Shown here piece after piece: positions 27,276 to 37,061 of a stretch of 64,000 nucleotides of DNA. The notes below the pieces were generated by a model. The model searched no databases, was not told the DNA's origin, and saw only the letters and a list, made by a program, of their open reading frames with translations. The translations under genes were made by a program, and so were the position numbers. The number at the start of each line of letters is the position of its first letter. Position 1 is the first letter of the stretch. The DNA is taken from contig JAHLLD010000001.1 of the NCBI GenBank assembly GCA_020444325.1, positions 580,964-644,963 on the forward strand, read 5' to 3'. The stretch comes from a bacterium. Lineage in GTDB: Bacteria; Bacteroidota; Ignavibacteria; SZUA-365.

Positions 27276-28544
27276 ATGGAGATCATTCTGCAACCCACGC
27301 TGAACATCGGTATTGTCGGAGGTTCGCTGGCGGGTTGTTCCGCAGCCATCCTCCTGAAACGCGCCGGACATGAGGTCACCGTTTATGAACGTTCCAACGG
27401 AGATCTGAAAGGACGCGGCGGCGGCATCGGCACGACGGGGATCGTGCTCGAATCGCTGATACGCAACGGTATCATTGATGAAGATTTCCCGCACTGCACG
27501 ATGGACCTCATGCCCTTCATCGGGAAAGGGGAACAGCAGCAGAAGCTGGGGAACTCGCCCTGGAGCATGCCCCTCGATCTGCAGACCTTCCACTGGAGTG
27601 CGCTCTGGCGAACCCTGCGCTCGCGCGTACCGGATTCGTCCTATCATGCGGGCGTGCCCGTCGCCTCTGCGGAAATGCTCGACAATCGTCAGGTGCGCCT
27701 TCATCTCGAAAGCGGCGAAAGCAAGGATTTCGATCTCGTCATTTTCGCCGACGGCGCGCATTCTCTCGGACGCAGCCTGCTCTTTCCGGACAGCGCATTG
27801 CAGTACCGCGGCTATATTCTCTGGAGGGGACTGCTGCCGGAATCAGAGATCGATGACAGTGCGCCACTTGAAGCTGCCGTCCCGCGCCTTTCGCATCAGC
27901 GTGAACCTGGGAATACCGTCATGTATTTCATTCCTGGTTACGACGGCGATACCACCCCCGGCAAACGCATCTGTAACTGGGCAGTGTACGTCCCCCTGCG
28001 TGAGGAACATGTCCCTTCGTTCATGACGGGAAAAAACGGCATGCCCTACAAAGGGATGCTCCCTCCGGGGAGTATGCGTCCGGAAGAAGAACAGCGCCTC
28101 AAGCACATGGCCCGTGAAAACCTCCCCACCTATTACGCGGATATCATCGCACGCAGCAGTGATACTTACGCGCATCTCATCTATACGGCCGAGGTGCCTT
28201 CCTATTACAGGAATCGCATGTGCCTGATCGGCGATGCCGGTGCCGTCATTCAGCCGTTCACCGGATCGGGTATTTTCAAGGGATACAACAATATTCGCAG
28301 TCTGATCGACGCCCTGGAAGACACCGGCAATATTGATCAGGCATTACTTCAGTGGGACGCCATGCAAATTGTCATCGGACGCCGCCTCATGGCGCTCGGT
28401 GATCAGATGGAACAGGCCTTTATCTGGAATCCGCTCGATCTGTCTTCTGCCGACAGCAGCAGCACGGAAAAATGGTGGAGTTCCTCGGTGCGGTTTCCCG
28501 AAGATTTTTCCCTCCGTCGACAGCCAACAGCCAGAGACATTTGA
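27276..28544 (+). CDS. FAD-dependent monooxygenase/oxidoreductase
   Basis: IGIVGGSLAGCSAAILLKRAGHEVTVYER is a Rossmann FAD-binding motif with the GxGxxG pattern and acidic end. VIFADGAHS and GDAGAVIQPFTGSGI are the second FAD and DG motifs of flavin monooxygenases. The listed ORF starts 10 codons upstream. Confidence 0.75.
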   Translation: MEIILQPTLNIGIVGGSLAGCSAAILLKRAGHEVTVYERSNGDLKGRGGGIGTTGIVLESLIRNGIIDEDFPHCTMDLMPFIGKGEQQQKLGNSPWSMPLDLQTFHWSALWRTLRSRVPDSSYHAGVPVASAEMLDNRQVRLHLESGESKDFDLVIFADGAHSLGRSLLFPDSALQYRGYILWRGLLPESEIDDSAPLEAAVPRLSHQREPGNTVMYFIPGYDGDTTPGKRICNWAVYVPLREEHVPSFMTGKNGMPYKGMLPPGSMRPEEEQRLKHMARENLPTYYADIIARSSDTYAHLIYTAEVPSYYRNRMCLIGDAGAVIQPFTGSGIFKGYNNIRSLIDALEDTGNIDQALLQWDAMQIVIGRRLMALGDQMEQAFIWNPLDLSSADSSSTEKWWSSSVRFPEDFSLRRQPTARDI

Positions 28545-28552
28545 GGATTTTC

Positions 28553-29074
28553 ATGCGCAAATTTTCCTTCCTTTCTCTCCTGCTCACTTCATCCCTTCTG
28601 CTCTCCGCATGTTCGGATCAGGGAGAAGTCCGCGTCATCCGGCATTACCCGGCCGACAATGTGGACAACATTATTTCGAAGAATCGCATCCTGCTCGATG
28701 ACAACAGTTACGACGGAGCCGGTTCGCTGAGTATCACCGTCGAAACACCCACGACCGTACGCCTGTACGAAACCGGGGATATCGACGCGGAGGACGTGAT
28801 GCTGATCTACCAGGCCGCCGTCAAATCCCGTGATCTCGACGGTATGGCATATCTCGAAATGTGGTGTGTCTTTGATGACGGACGCGAATTCTTCTCTCGC
28901 GGTCTCAATGCGCCGTGGACGGGCAACATTCCATGGAGCATTGTGGAAACCCCGTTCTTTCTCAAGAAAGGACAGAACCCGACCAATGTCCGTTTGAACC
29001 TCGTTATCGATGGAAGCGGCACGGTCTGGATCGACGATATTTATCTGAGAACACTGCCCCTGCCGATGCACTGA
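28553..29074 (+). CDS. Hypothetical lipoprotein
   Basis: MRKFSFLSLLLTSSLLLSAC is a lipobox. It starts 9 nt after the stop of the monooxygenase gene. Confidence 0.55.
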   Translation: MRKFSFLSLLLTSSLLLSACSDQGEVRVIRHYPADNVDNIISKNRILLDDNSYDGAGSLSITVETPTTVRLYETGDIDAEDVMLIYQAAVKSRDLDGMAYLEMWCVFDDGREFFSRGLNAPWTGNIPWSIVETPFFLKKGQNPTNVRLNLVIDGSGTVWIDDIYLRTLPLPMH

Positions 29075-29080
29075 GTTCAC

Positions 29081-29518
29081 ATGCCATTCGCCTTTCTGTC
29101 AAAGCTGTTCCGGCTCGGTCGCATCCCCGCGGCCATACGCGCAACACTCGAGGCGGAGGAGATCCTCGTCCAGGATGAGAATGTCCCAGGATGGGTGATT
29201 TTCAAAGACTTCCGCGCACCCGGGAAACGCTTCAAGCACAGGGCCGAGGGAATGACCGGGTTTCTTGTCATCACCCGGCGACGGGTGCTCGCCCAGGCTT
29301 TCGGCCAGCGTATCATCAATATTCTCCTCGATCACCCCAAGTTCCGTCTGCTGACCGTCGATCTCCCGAAAGAAGACCGCATCGAGTTCTCCTTCGAAGC
29401 CGCGGATTTCCATGAAGATCGCTCAGGACGCATCATCGTCGGTTTCAAAACCGGTAAAGCCCCCCAATTTGTCGCCGCGCTCAAAGCCGCGACGACGACG
29501 GACGGGACAACGAACTGA
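29081..29518 (+). CDS. Hypothetical small cytoplasmic protein, possibly a bacterial PH-like fold
   Basis: 145 aa, no signal peptide. Its stop overlaps the start of the next gene (ATGA at 29515-29518). Confidence 0.4.
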   Translation: MPFAFLSKLFRLGRIPAAIRATLEAEEILVQDENVPGWVIFKDFRAPGKRFKHRAEGMTGFLVITRRRVLAQAFGQRIINILLDHPKFRLLTVDLPKEDRIEFSFEAADFHEDRSGRIIVGFKTGKAPQFVAALKAATTTDGTTN

Positions 29519-30297
29519 TGCTGCAGCAGATTCTCATTGGAGCCGCACTCGGCGCATTCGTCGCCGTGCCTGCATATTTCCTGCGCATGCTCCGGTATTC
29601 CGGTGCCGTTGCCACCTTCGTACTCGCCACCGTGGTGTACGGATTCGGCGGATGGCAATGGACGATTCCCATTTTCACTTTTTTCCTTCTGTCGAGTCTG
29701 CTGACCAGTTGGCGAAAAAACGCAAAGAAGCGCTTCGACACGGTCTTTGAGAAAGGGGGAAGCAGGGATGCCGGACAGGTTGCCGCCAATGGCGGTGTGG
29801 TCGGCGCGCTTGTCATTGCCGCAGCGCTGTTCACGCATCCATCCTGGTATGTACTTTCCCTCGTCGCAACTGCGGTGGTGACCGCCGACACCTGGGGAAC
29901 TGAGCTCGGTGTGCTGAGCCGCAGAACGCCCCGGAGCATACTGACCGGACAAAAGGTCGCTGCCGGTACATCAGGTGGAATAACGATCGAAGGAACGGTG
30001 GGCGGCGCGTTCGGCGCGGCCGTGGTGACTTCCACCGCATTCTTCTTCATTCCTCTCCCCCTGGAAACCTATCTCCTCATCGTCGCAGGCGGCATGTTCG
30101 GCAGCCTGCTCGACAGTCTGCTTGGAGCCACCGTACAGGCGCAGTATCACTGTCAGCAGTGCGACTCCTATACCGAGCGGGCGCTGCATTGCGGCATGCC
30201 GGCACATCTGCAGCGGGGCAGCCGCCATATCACCAACGACGCGGTCAACCTGCTCGCATGTATCCTCACGGTAGCCGGAGCCGCACTGTTCCTGTAG
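29518..30297 (+). CDS. DUF92 (TMEM19/VTE6-like) integral membrane protein
   Basis: Multi-pass membrane protein of about 260 aa with Gly-rich TM helices (GGVVGALVIAAA, GTVGGAFGAAVV), as in the DUF92 family. Confidence 0.6.
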   Translation: MLQQILIGAALGAFVAVPAYFLRMLRYSGAVATFVLATVVYGFGGWQWTIPIFTFFLLSSLLTSWRKNAKKRFDTVFEKGGSRDAGQVAANGGVVGALVIAAALFTHPSWYVLSLVATAVVTADTWGTELGVLSRRTPRSILTGQKVAAGTSGGITIEGTVGGAFGAAVVTSTAFFFIPLPLETYLLIVAGGMFGSLLDSLLGATVQAQYHCQQCDSYTERALHCGMPAHLQRGSRHITNDAVNLLACILTVAGAALFL

Positions 30298-30365
30298 CGC
30301 CGGATTGCGTTCGCGGCACGTCCATGTCGGTACCCCCGCTCTCCCTTTCCTTCCATCGCAAGTTC

Positions 30366-31367
30366 ATGTATGTTGTGAACATGCCTGTCCGCGTGTTTCA
30401 TATCGCCGCAGCAGTACTGCTGCTTGTCGTTCTACAGTCCTGCGAGCGCGAGCGCATCATCGATCCCGGTCCCGACACTACCGCACCGCTGCCTCCGGCG
30501 GGTATCGTTGTCGAAGGCGCGCGTGATGGATACATTTTCGTCGGATGGCAGGAAAATTCAGAGCGCGATTTGCGCGGGTATATCGTCTACCGTGCGGAAC
30601 AGCGCGCACCGCAATCCTTCGTTCCCATCGATACCCTGAGCATCAACTATATCATCGATACGCAGCGCAGTTATGATACGACGTACTATTACTGCGTGAC
30701 AGCGATCGATCAATCCGGAAACGAAAGTACGGCGCTGGATACCGTGCACGCCGTTTCCGAAAACCGTGCCGATCCCGACGCGCCTCGCACACTGAACGTC
30801 AACGGTTACAACGACGGCAGCGTGCAGGAAATCCGCATATCATGGGATGCGGTGGAGGAAGCCGACCTGGCCTTCTACCGCGTCTACCGGGGCAGCACCC
30901 CGATTGAGGAGATCAGCGAAAGCACCCTGCTGACAGAACTTCCCGCCACGGCTTTTCACGATTCCACTGGCAACGGGCTGAACTTCCGCTACTATTATGC
31001 GGTGACCGCTGTGGACAACGGCGGGAGAGAGAGCATTCTCTCACCGGGTGGTAGCGACATCATCGCAGAGCGTCCCCAACCCGTGGCCCCGGTTGGTGGG
31101 GAGAAAACCGTCGTTTACCCCCTCCTCAGCTGGCTTCCCGTGCCGGGAGCATCGCGCTACCTGCTGTCGGTTTCGCTTTCAGAGAACACCGGCGAAGTCT
31201 GGAGCTCGTATGCCAACGCAACGGGGGAGGACACGCTGCGTTTCCGCTATGACGGCTCCGCCCTGACGCCGGGAGAACAGTACTTCTGGCGCGTCTCCAG
31301 CGTGACCTCCGCCAACGGGAAACCCAACGGCATCTCCGGTGCACAGACTTTCGTCGCCGACGACTGA
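30366..31367 (+). CDS. Fibronectin type III domain lipoprotein
   Basis: MYVVNMPVRVFHIAAAVLLLVVLQSC is a lipobox. There are two FN3-like repeats (YRVYRGS...YYYAVTAVDNGGRES; ...YFWRVSSV). Alternative starts at 30324 and 30381. Confidence 0.6.
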   Translation: MYVVNMPVRVFHIAAAVLLLVVLQSCERERIIDPGPDTTAPLPPAGIVVEGARDGYIFVGWQENSERDLRGYIVYRAEQRAPQSFVPIDTLSINYIIDTQRSYDTTYYYCVTAIDQSGNESTALDTVHAVSENRADPDAPRTLNVNGYNDGSVQEIRISWDAVEEADLAFYRVYRGSTPIEEISESTLLTELPATAFHDSTGNGLNFRYYYAVTAVDNGGRESILSPGGSDIIAERPQPVAPVGGEKTVVYPLLSWLPVPGASRYLLSVSLSENTGEVWSSYANATGEDTLRFRYDGSALTPGEQYFWRVSSVTSANGKPNGISGAQTFVADD

Positions 31368-31444
31368 GCGCTTCGCGGGTCTGCCCGCGATAATGTATAT
31401 TTTCCGAGCCACCGACTTCTGCCCACAAAGCTCCCGGGAAAGCC

Positions 31445-33373
31445 GTGTTCCAGACACTCCGCGTATTCCGCGCCTGTGCCTTTCTGCTTTTGGTCCTCTT
31501 GTCCGTTTCCTCGGCGCAGCAGGACAGCAGCAGGACAGCGGACGCTGCAACGGACAGTCTGCAGACAGGGGGTCCCGGCAGCATTTCCCTGGGATTCGAA
31601 CGTAACGTCAACACCTTTCTCTGGGATCTGGGAGGAAATTACCGCTACGAAAATGGTCCCTGGCGTCTGACGGCGGACGAACGCTTTCAGCGCACGCTGA
31701 TACGCACCGACCGCAGTACCGTCAAAGATGAGCAGAGTTTTCGTCTCGACGCTTCACGCGACCTCGCACGCGATCTGGCGGTAACCACGTCTTTCTCTTC
31801 CTTCATTTTTTCCGACAATCGCGCACTGGGACTCAACGACCTCTCCACGAGCAAGGCTCTCGGGGGTGTTCGCTGGTCACCGCTCAGCGTGCTGGAAGTA
31901 GCACCGATGGCAGGGGTGAGCGTGGATAATCAGCAGGGAATCGAGGACATGGGATTCATGTACACGGGACGCGCGACGCTCCGCGACCTGTTTATCGGAC
32001 GCAGCATGGCACAGGGCGAACTGTATGCCTCAGCTGAGTACATCGATCCGCGCTTTCAGTCCGAACAGCGGGGCAGTGCCGAGCTGCTGGCCAACTTCGG
32101 TCCCTCAACCATGAACCATACGCAGCTCACCATACGTAACGTCCGGCGGGAATTCTACCTCGCGTATGATTCCACACTGGAGGCCCAGACAGGCATCGGA
32201 CACCCGATTGAATCGCGGGACGAACGCGTGGTCACACTCAGCAATACCCTGCGCTATCAGTTACTGGAGACGCTCGGACTCATTGCGTCGATCGATCTTT
32301 CCCAGCGTGATATCGCGCGTGCGCGACCGCACAACCGCGTGAATGACGAGAACCCCTTTTTCGATAACGACATCAGTGAATTCCACCTGAACGGATCGAC
32401 ACAGCTGATGTATGACAATGGAGACGGGAGTCGTGGAAGCTTTCGCATGGAATTCAACGAGCGGGATGAGCAGCACAGCATTGACCCGTTCGAAGGCGCT
32501 TCGACCGTCAGCATCGCACGGCAGGAACTGCTCGAGGAACAGAAAAACAACTCGATAGAGCAGACGCAGCTGTCACTGAATTTTTCGCAGGCCGTCAGCC
32601 GCAGCGATACGCTCTCACTCTCCGCATCGACTGTGAAAATGCAGTATGACACACCGAGTGAGGAAAACTACGATGATCGCGATGAGCTGTTCGTTCTTGC
32701 GGGCATCCGCTGGGTACACCGTTTCTCCCCGTATTTTCAGGCTTCGCTGGCCAGTGATATCAACTTGCGTCACACCGTATTCATCTTTTCCGAACGCAGT
32801 GCGAATAACACCTGGAACCGCGTCCTGCGCCTCGCACCGTCAACGGAATTGCGTCTCGGACGCGGTGTCGTGAGCCGCAACTCTGCGGAAGTCGTCGCGA
32901 ACTACACGGTGTATGATTTCGAAACCGCATCGCTGGCACAGCGCAGCTTTTCCCTGCGGCAGCTGACGCTGAGTGATTCGACGCTCATTCATCTCGGCAG
33001 CGATTACTGGGCGGAAATTCAGCTGCATATGCGCGTGTATGAACGCGGGGAGTTGCGCTGGTCGGCATTTACCGTGCGTCCCGTCCAGTTCTTCGATGAA
33101 CGAAGCATGTCGTTGTCGCTGCTCTGCCTGCGCGGAACCGTGCAGGCTTCGACAGGCCTGCGGCTGTTTGAGCAGCGCCGCTACCGGTATGACGGACTCG
33201 ACCGCGTGCGCAGCGGTCTTCTGCAGAGCCTGGGTCCAACCGCCAGCCTGCGGCTGCGTATGGCCGACAGCGCCGATATCGTTGCTGAAGGGTGGTATCA
33301 GCTGACGCGGGAAGACGGCGGAGAGACACGCAGCACGCCGAATCTCTCGCTGCGGCTTTTCTGGAATCTGTAA
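31445..33373 (+). CDS. Hypothetical outer-membrane beta-barrel protein
   Basis: Signal MFQTLRVFRACAFLLLVLLSVSSAQQ. It has alternating amphipathic beta-strand character throughout. 642 aa. Confidence 0.5.
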   Translation: MFQTLRVFRACAFLLLVLLSVSSAQQDSSRTADAATDSLQTGGPGSISLGFERNVNTFLWDLGGNYRYENGPWRLTADERFQRTLIRTDRSTVKDEQSFRLDASRDLARDLAVTTSFSSFIFSDNRALGLNDLSTSKALGGVRWSPLSVLEVAPMAGVSVDNQQGIEDMGFMYTGRATLRDLFIGRSMAQGELYASAEYIDPRFQSEQRGSAELLANFGPSTMNHTQLTIRNVRREFYLAYDSTLEAQTGIGHPIESRDERVVTLSNTLRYQLLETLGLIASIDLSQRDIARARPHNRVNDENPFFDNDISEFHLNGSTQLMYDNGDGSRGSFRMEFNERDEQHSIDPFEGASTVSIARQELLEEQKNNSIEQTQLSLNFSQAVSRSDTLSLSASTVKMQYDTPSEENYDDRDELFVLAGIRWVHRFSPYFQASLASDINLRHTVFIFSERSANNTWNRVLRLAPSTELRLGRGVVSRNSAEVVANYTVYDFETASLAQRSFSLRQLTLSDSTLIHLGSDYWAEIQLHMRVYERGELRWSAFTVRPVQFFDERSMSLSLLCLRGTVQASTGLRLFEQRRYRYDGLDRVRSGLLQSLGPTASLRLRMADSADIVAEGWYQLTREDGGETRSTPNLSLRLFWNL

Positions 33374-33438
33374 CGAGGATTTTCTACTTTAATGATCATA
33401 TTTCCATTGAGGAGACCGCGACCCTGAGCAAGCCCGTG

Positions 33439-33849
33439 ATGACAAAATCCATCAGCATCCCAAGCGTACGCAGCAATATCAATCTGGTCGAGGCGTTCAT
33501 TCTGGAAATCCACGATGCCATGACCCTTGAGGAATCCGTACTCGACCGCATCATGATATCGATTACGGAAGTCGTCAACAACGGTATCATTCACGGCAAC
33601 AAATCCGATCCGGAAAAGAAAGTCCACATCAGCTGCAGCTGCTATGAGGATCGTGTCGACTTTGTCATTCGCGATGAAGGGACAGGCTTTCACCCGGAAG
33701 ACATCCCCGACCCGCTCGCAGAAACCAACCTGCTCAAGGAAGGCGGGCGCGGTGTGCTTATTGTCCGTTCGATGATGGACTCCGTTGAATTCCATCAAAC
33801 CGACGGAGGGATGGAAGTCCATCTCTCCGTGCGACGCTCAGAAGACTGA
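33439..33849 (+). CDS. Anti-sigma regulatory factor (RsbW/SpoIIAB-type serine kinase, HATPase_c)
   Basis: ITEVVNNGIIHGN (N-box) and DEGTGF...GGRGVLIV (G-boxes) are typical of GHKL anti-sigma factor kinases. The true start is within the longer listed ORF. Confidence 0.7.
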   Translation: MTKSISIPSVRSNINLVEAFILEIHDAMTLEESVLDRIMISITEVVNNGIIHGNKSDPEKKVHISCSCYEDRVDFVIRDEGTGFHPEDIPDPLAETNLLKEGGRGVLIVRSMMDSVEFHQTDGGMEVHLSVRRSED

Positions 33850-33882
33850 GTCCCAGCAACCCCACCGAACACAGGAATCGTT

Positions 33883-34915
33883 CATGCCCCATCGCCAGTA
33901 TCTGCCCGGAGACGAGACCCGTCTCATGACCATTCAGCGCTATATCGCGGAAGAAGAGCGCCTTCATCCGGATGCGACCGGTGAATTCTCGACACTGCTT
34001 CGCAATCTTGCGCTCGCCGTGAAGATCGTATCGCGTGAAGTGCGCCGGGCAGGACTCGTCGATATACTCGGCCGGGCCGAAACCACCAATCCCAGCGGCG
34101 AGGATGTGAAGAAACTCGACGTGTTCGCAAATCAGATGATTATCAACGCCATGGAAAGCGGCGGACAGCTCTGTGTCATGGCTTCGGAAGAAAATGAATC
34201 CGTCATCCCCATCCCGGAGGAATTTCCCTGCGGACATTATGCCATGCTGTTCGATCCACTCGACGGTTCTTCTAATATAGAAGCGAATGTCACCATCGGA
34301 ACGGTATTTTCCATTTTCCGCCGTGTCACCGGCGGCAAGCAGGGAAACGAGGCGGATGTTGTGCAGCCCGGCATCAAGCAGGTCGCCGCGGGATACATCA
34401 TGTACGGATCCAGCACCATCCTGGTATTCACCACCGGCAATGGTGTGCAGGGCTTTACGCTCGATCCCACCATCGGCTCCTTCCTCCTCTCCCATCCCAA
34501 TCTTACCATTCCGTCACGGGGACGCATCTACAGCGTCAACGAAGGAAATCGTAAAACCTGGGATGAAGGTTTTCAGCGCTACATCGACTTTCTTCAGACA
34601 CCGGACAGCGCTGCGGGGCATCCCTACAAGGCGCGTTACGTCGGTTCGATGATTGCCGATGTGCATCGCACGCTGCTGTATGGCGGCGTCTTTGCCTACC
34701 CGGCCGACAGCGGGAGTCCGAACGGAAAACTTCGCCTTATGTATGAAGCCAATCCCATGGCCTTCATCATCGAACAGGCGGGCGGACGTGCATCCGACGG
34801 CAGTAAGCGCATTCTGGAAATCGAACCCACGGACATCCATCAGCGCACACCTCTGCTTCTCGGAAGCCGGGAAGATGTGCTCGAAGCAGAGGACTTCATC
34901 GCCGGCCGGCGCTGA
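33883..34915 (+). CDS. fbp: Fructose-1,6-bisphosphatase class 1
   Basis: Near-collinear with E. coli Fbp from my recall: GLVDILG, LDVFANQ, LFDPLDGSSNIEANVTIGTVFSIFRR, KQVAAGYIMYGSSTILV, GKLRLMYEANPMAFIIEQAGG. Alternative starts at 33785 and 33928. Confidence 0.9.
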
Positions 34916-34934
34916 CGTGGCAAGCACATCCATC

Positions 34935-35726
34935 ATGAAACTGCAGACGTCATTTTCGATCCCGGTACTGCTCCTGCTCACCTGCACCCTGTTTCTCACC
35001 GCAACCGGACCGGTGCACGCGCAGCGCTCTGCAGGTGACCGGGCGAATATCGATCCCATGTTTCTCATCGACATGCCTGTCGCAGGCATACTGCCTGCTA
35101 CCTCCGGCGCCGTGGAAACGACATTGTATCCGAACGGCGGTGTGCTGGCATGCTTTACGTACGGACTCGTGACCAACCTGAACGTGGGGCTTTCCTTTGG
35201 CGGGACGAACCTGATCGGCAGCGGCGGCATCACGTGGAACAACCTGCCCGGTATCAGCGTGCGTTATCGCGCGCTCGAAGAGAGTATGCGTCGTCCCGCC
35301 ATCGTCGTCGGCTTCGACAGCCAGGGACATGACGGGTGGCTTCCGGGTGCGCGACAATACGTGATGAAATCCCCCGGCTTTTACGTCACCGTCAGCAAAA
35401 ATTACCAGCTCTACGGGACCGTCAGTTTTCATGGCGGTGTGAACTACACGCTGGAACGGCACGATGAGGACATGGATCCCAACATTTTTATTGGCGCGGA
35501 GAAATCCATCGGTCCCATCGCCTCCGCCCTTCTCGAATACAATTTTGCCTTCGATAACGACAAAGACCGACGCGGATTTTTCAACGGCTCGCTGTCCACC
35601 GGCGTGCGTTTATCCACAAACATCGGGTTCAATGTGGATATCATGCTGAAAAATCTGCTCACTTCGGAATTCGGGTATAACAAAATCATCCGTACCATAC
35701 GCCTGCAGTACGTGCGGTATCTCTGA
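34935..35726 (+). CDS. Hypothetical secreted protein
   Basis: Signal MKLQTSFSIPVLLLLTCTLFLTATGPVHAQ. The listed ORF extends 94 codons upstream and overlaps fbp. Confidence 0.5.
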   Translation: MKLQTSFSIPVLLLLTCTLFLTATGPVHAQRSAGDRANIDPMFLIDMPVAGILPATSGAVETTLYPNGGVLACFTYGLVTNLNVGLSFGGTNLIGSGGITWNNLPGISVRYRALEESMRRPAIVVGFDSQGHDGWLPGARQYVMKSPGFYVTVSKNYQLYGTVSFHGGVNYTLERHDEDMDPNIFIGAEKSIGPIASALLEYNFAFDNDKDRRGFFNGSLSTGVRLSTNIGFNVDIMLKNLLTSEFGYNKIIRTIRLQYVRYL

Positions 35727-35942
35727 GCCTGTGGCTGCTCCTCGCCTGAATCATTGTCCTTTATTTCGCCCAGCCCCTGTCCTCTCTGGAGGTCACTTCG
35801 GTGGGACTTTCCTCATTCATCGAAATAATGTAGCTTTTCCGTGTTGTATAAGGTCAATTTTCATGTCCATGGTGGCATGATTACGGCACGAATTTTGTTC
35901 TCTATACAGGTAGAGAATACATCGAAACCGATGAGGTGTGTC

Positions 35943-36971
35943 ATGAAACGAACAAGAAACCTACTCATTGCGCTTGCATCTGTTGCGCTGCTGTTTGGAA
36001 CATCCGGCTGCTACACACAGATCGCCGTGCGCGACGACTATCCCCGCTACGAGGATTACGGCTACGCCGATTATTCTGAGACCTATGAAGATACGCTCGG
36101 GAACGTCGTCACAAACAACTATTATTATGATAGTTATCCCCGTACCTCCGCGTACTTCGACTTCTATTACCCCGTACGCTGGGGTTCATACTGGTCGATG
36201 AATTACGATCCCTGGTATGGGAGTTACTACAGTCCTCCCTACGGTGGATACTACACGCCGTACTGGGGATATTCTTCGTACTACAGTCCCTTCTGGTACG
36301 GTCCCTCCTACTACTGGCATTCCCCGTATCACAGCCACTGGGGCTATTACGGCTGGGGTGGCGGTTATTATGGCGGTGGCTACTACGGCGGATCCGCTGT
36401 TCTCACGACCCGGCACACGGGTTCACGGGTACGCACGACAGGCGTCACACGCAGCCTGACTTCCAGCCGCTCGAGAAGTGCCGCTGGCACCACACGTTCA
36501 CGTGTCTCGCGGGTCACGAATGACGGACGCAGCTCCGTGCGTTCGTCCGCAACGCGCAGCAGCCGCAGCAACACCTATGAGCGCCTGAACAGGAGCACGA
36601 GAGAATCGGTTAACAGCTCGTCGAGAAGCAGCTCTCGCTCGGCGTATGAGAGGGCGCGGAGTTCTTCCGGCAGTTCACGCAGCAGCAGCACAAGCCGCTC
36701 ACGATCGAGTTCCGGAAGCTCCAGGGAATCCACGCGTTCATCATCCCGTTCGGGTTCGTCAAACCGCAGCTACACACCGTCTTCGCGCTCACGTTCGAGC
36801 AGTTCTTCGGGACGCAGCTATACGCCTTCTTCGCGTTCGAGCAGAAGCTCATCCGGCAGCTCCCGCAGCTACTCCCCGCCGTCGCGCAGTTCCAGCGGCA
36901 GCAGTGGACGCTCCTCGTCATCCGGCAGCAGCCGTTCTTCTTCCGGTGGCGGCCGCAGTCGTTCCCGTTAA
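35943..36971 (+). CDS. Lipoprotein with a Tyr/Gly/Trp/Pro-rich segment followed by a C-terminal Arg/Ser-repeat (RS-like) low-complexity tail of about 180 aa
   Basis: MKRTRNLLIALASVALLFGTSGC is a lipobox. Then ...YYYDSYPRTSAYFDFYYPVRWGSYWSMNYDPWYGSYYSPPYGGYYTPYWGYSSYYSPFWYGPSYYWHSPY...GGGYYGGGYYGG, followed by RSxxSSRS repeats running to the stop. Confidence 0.55.
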   Translation: MKRTRNLLIALASVALLFGTSGCYTQIAVRDDYPRYEDYGYADYSETYEDTLGNVVTNNYYYDSYPRTSAYFDFYYPVRWGSYWSMNYDPWYGSYYSPPYGGYYTPYWGYSSYYSPFWYGPSYYWHSPYHSHWGYYGWGGGYYGGGYYGGSAVLTTRHTGSRVRTTGVTRSLTSSRSRSAAGTTRSRVSRVTNDGRSSVRSSATRSSRSNTYERLNRSTRESVNSSSRSSSRSAYERARSSSGSSRSSSTSRSRSSSGSSRESTRSSSRSGSSNRSYTPSSRSRSSSSSGRSYTPSSRSSRSSSGSSRSYSPPSRSSSGSSGRSSSSGSSRSSSGGGRSRSR

Positions 36972-37061
36972 GCCATTTGAAGCCGCTGTAAATCAAACAA
37001 TGGAATTGCGGCCGTTTCGCAACAGCGATACCTCATTGAAACGGTCTTTATGGAGGAACAC

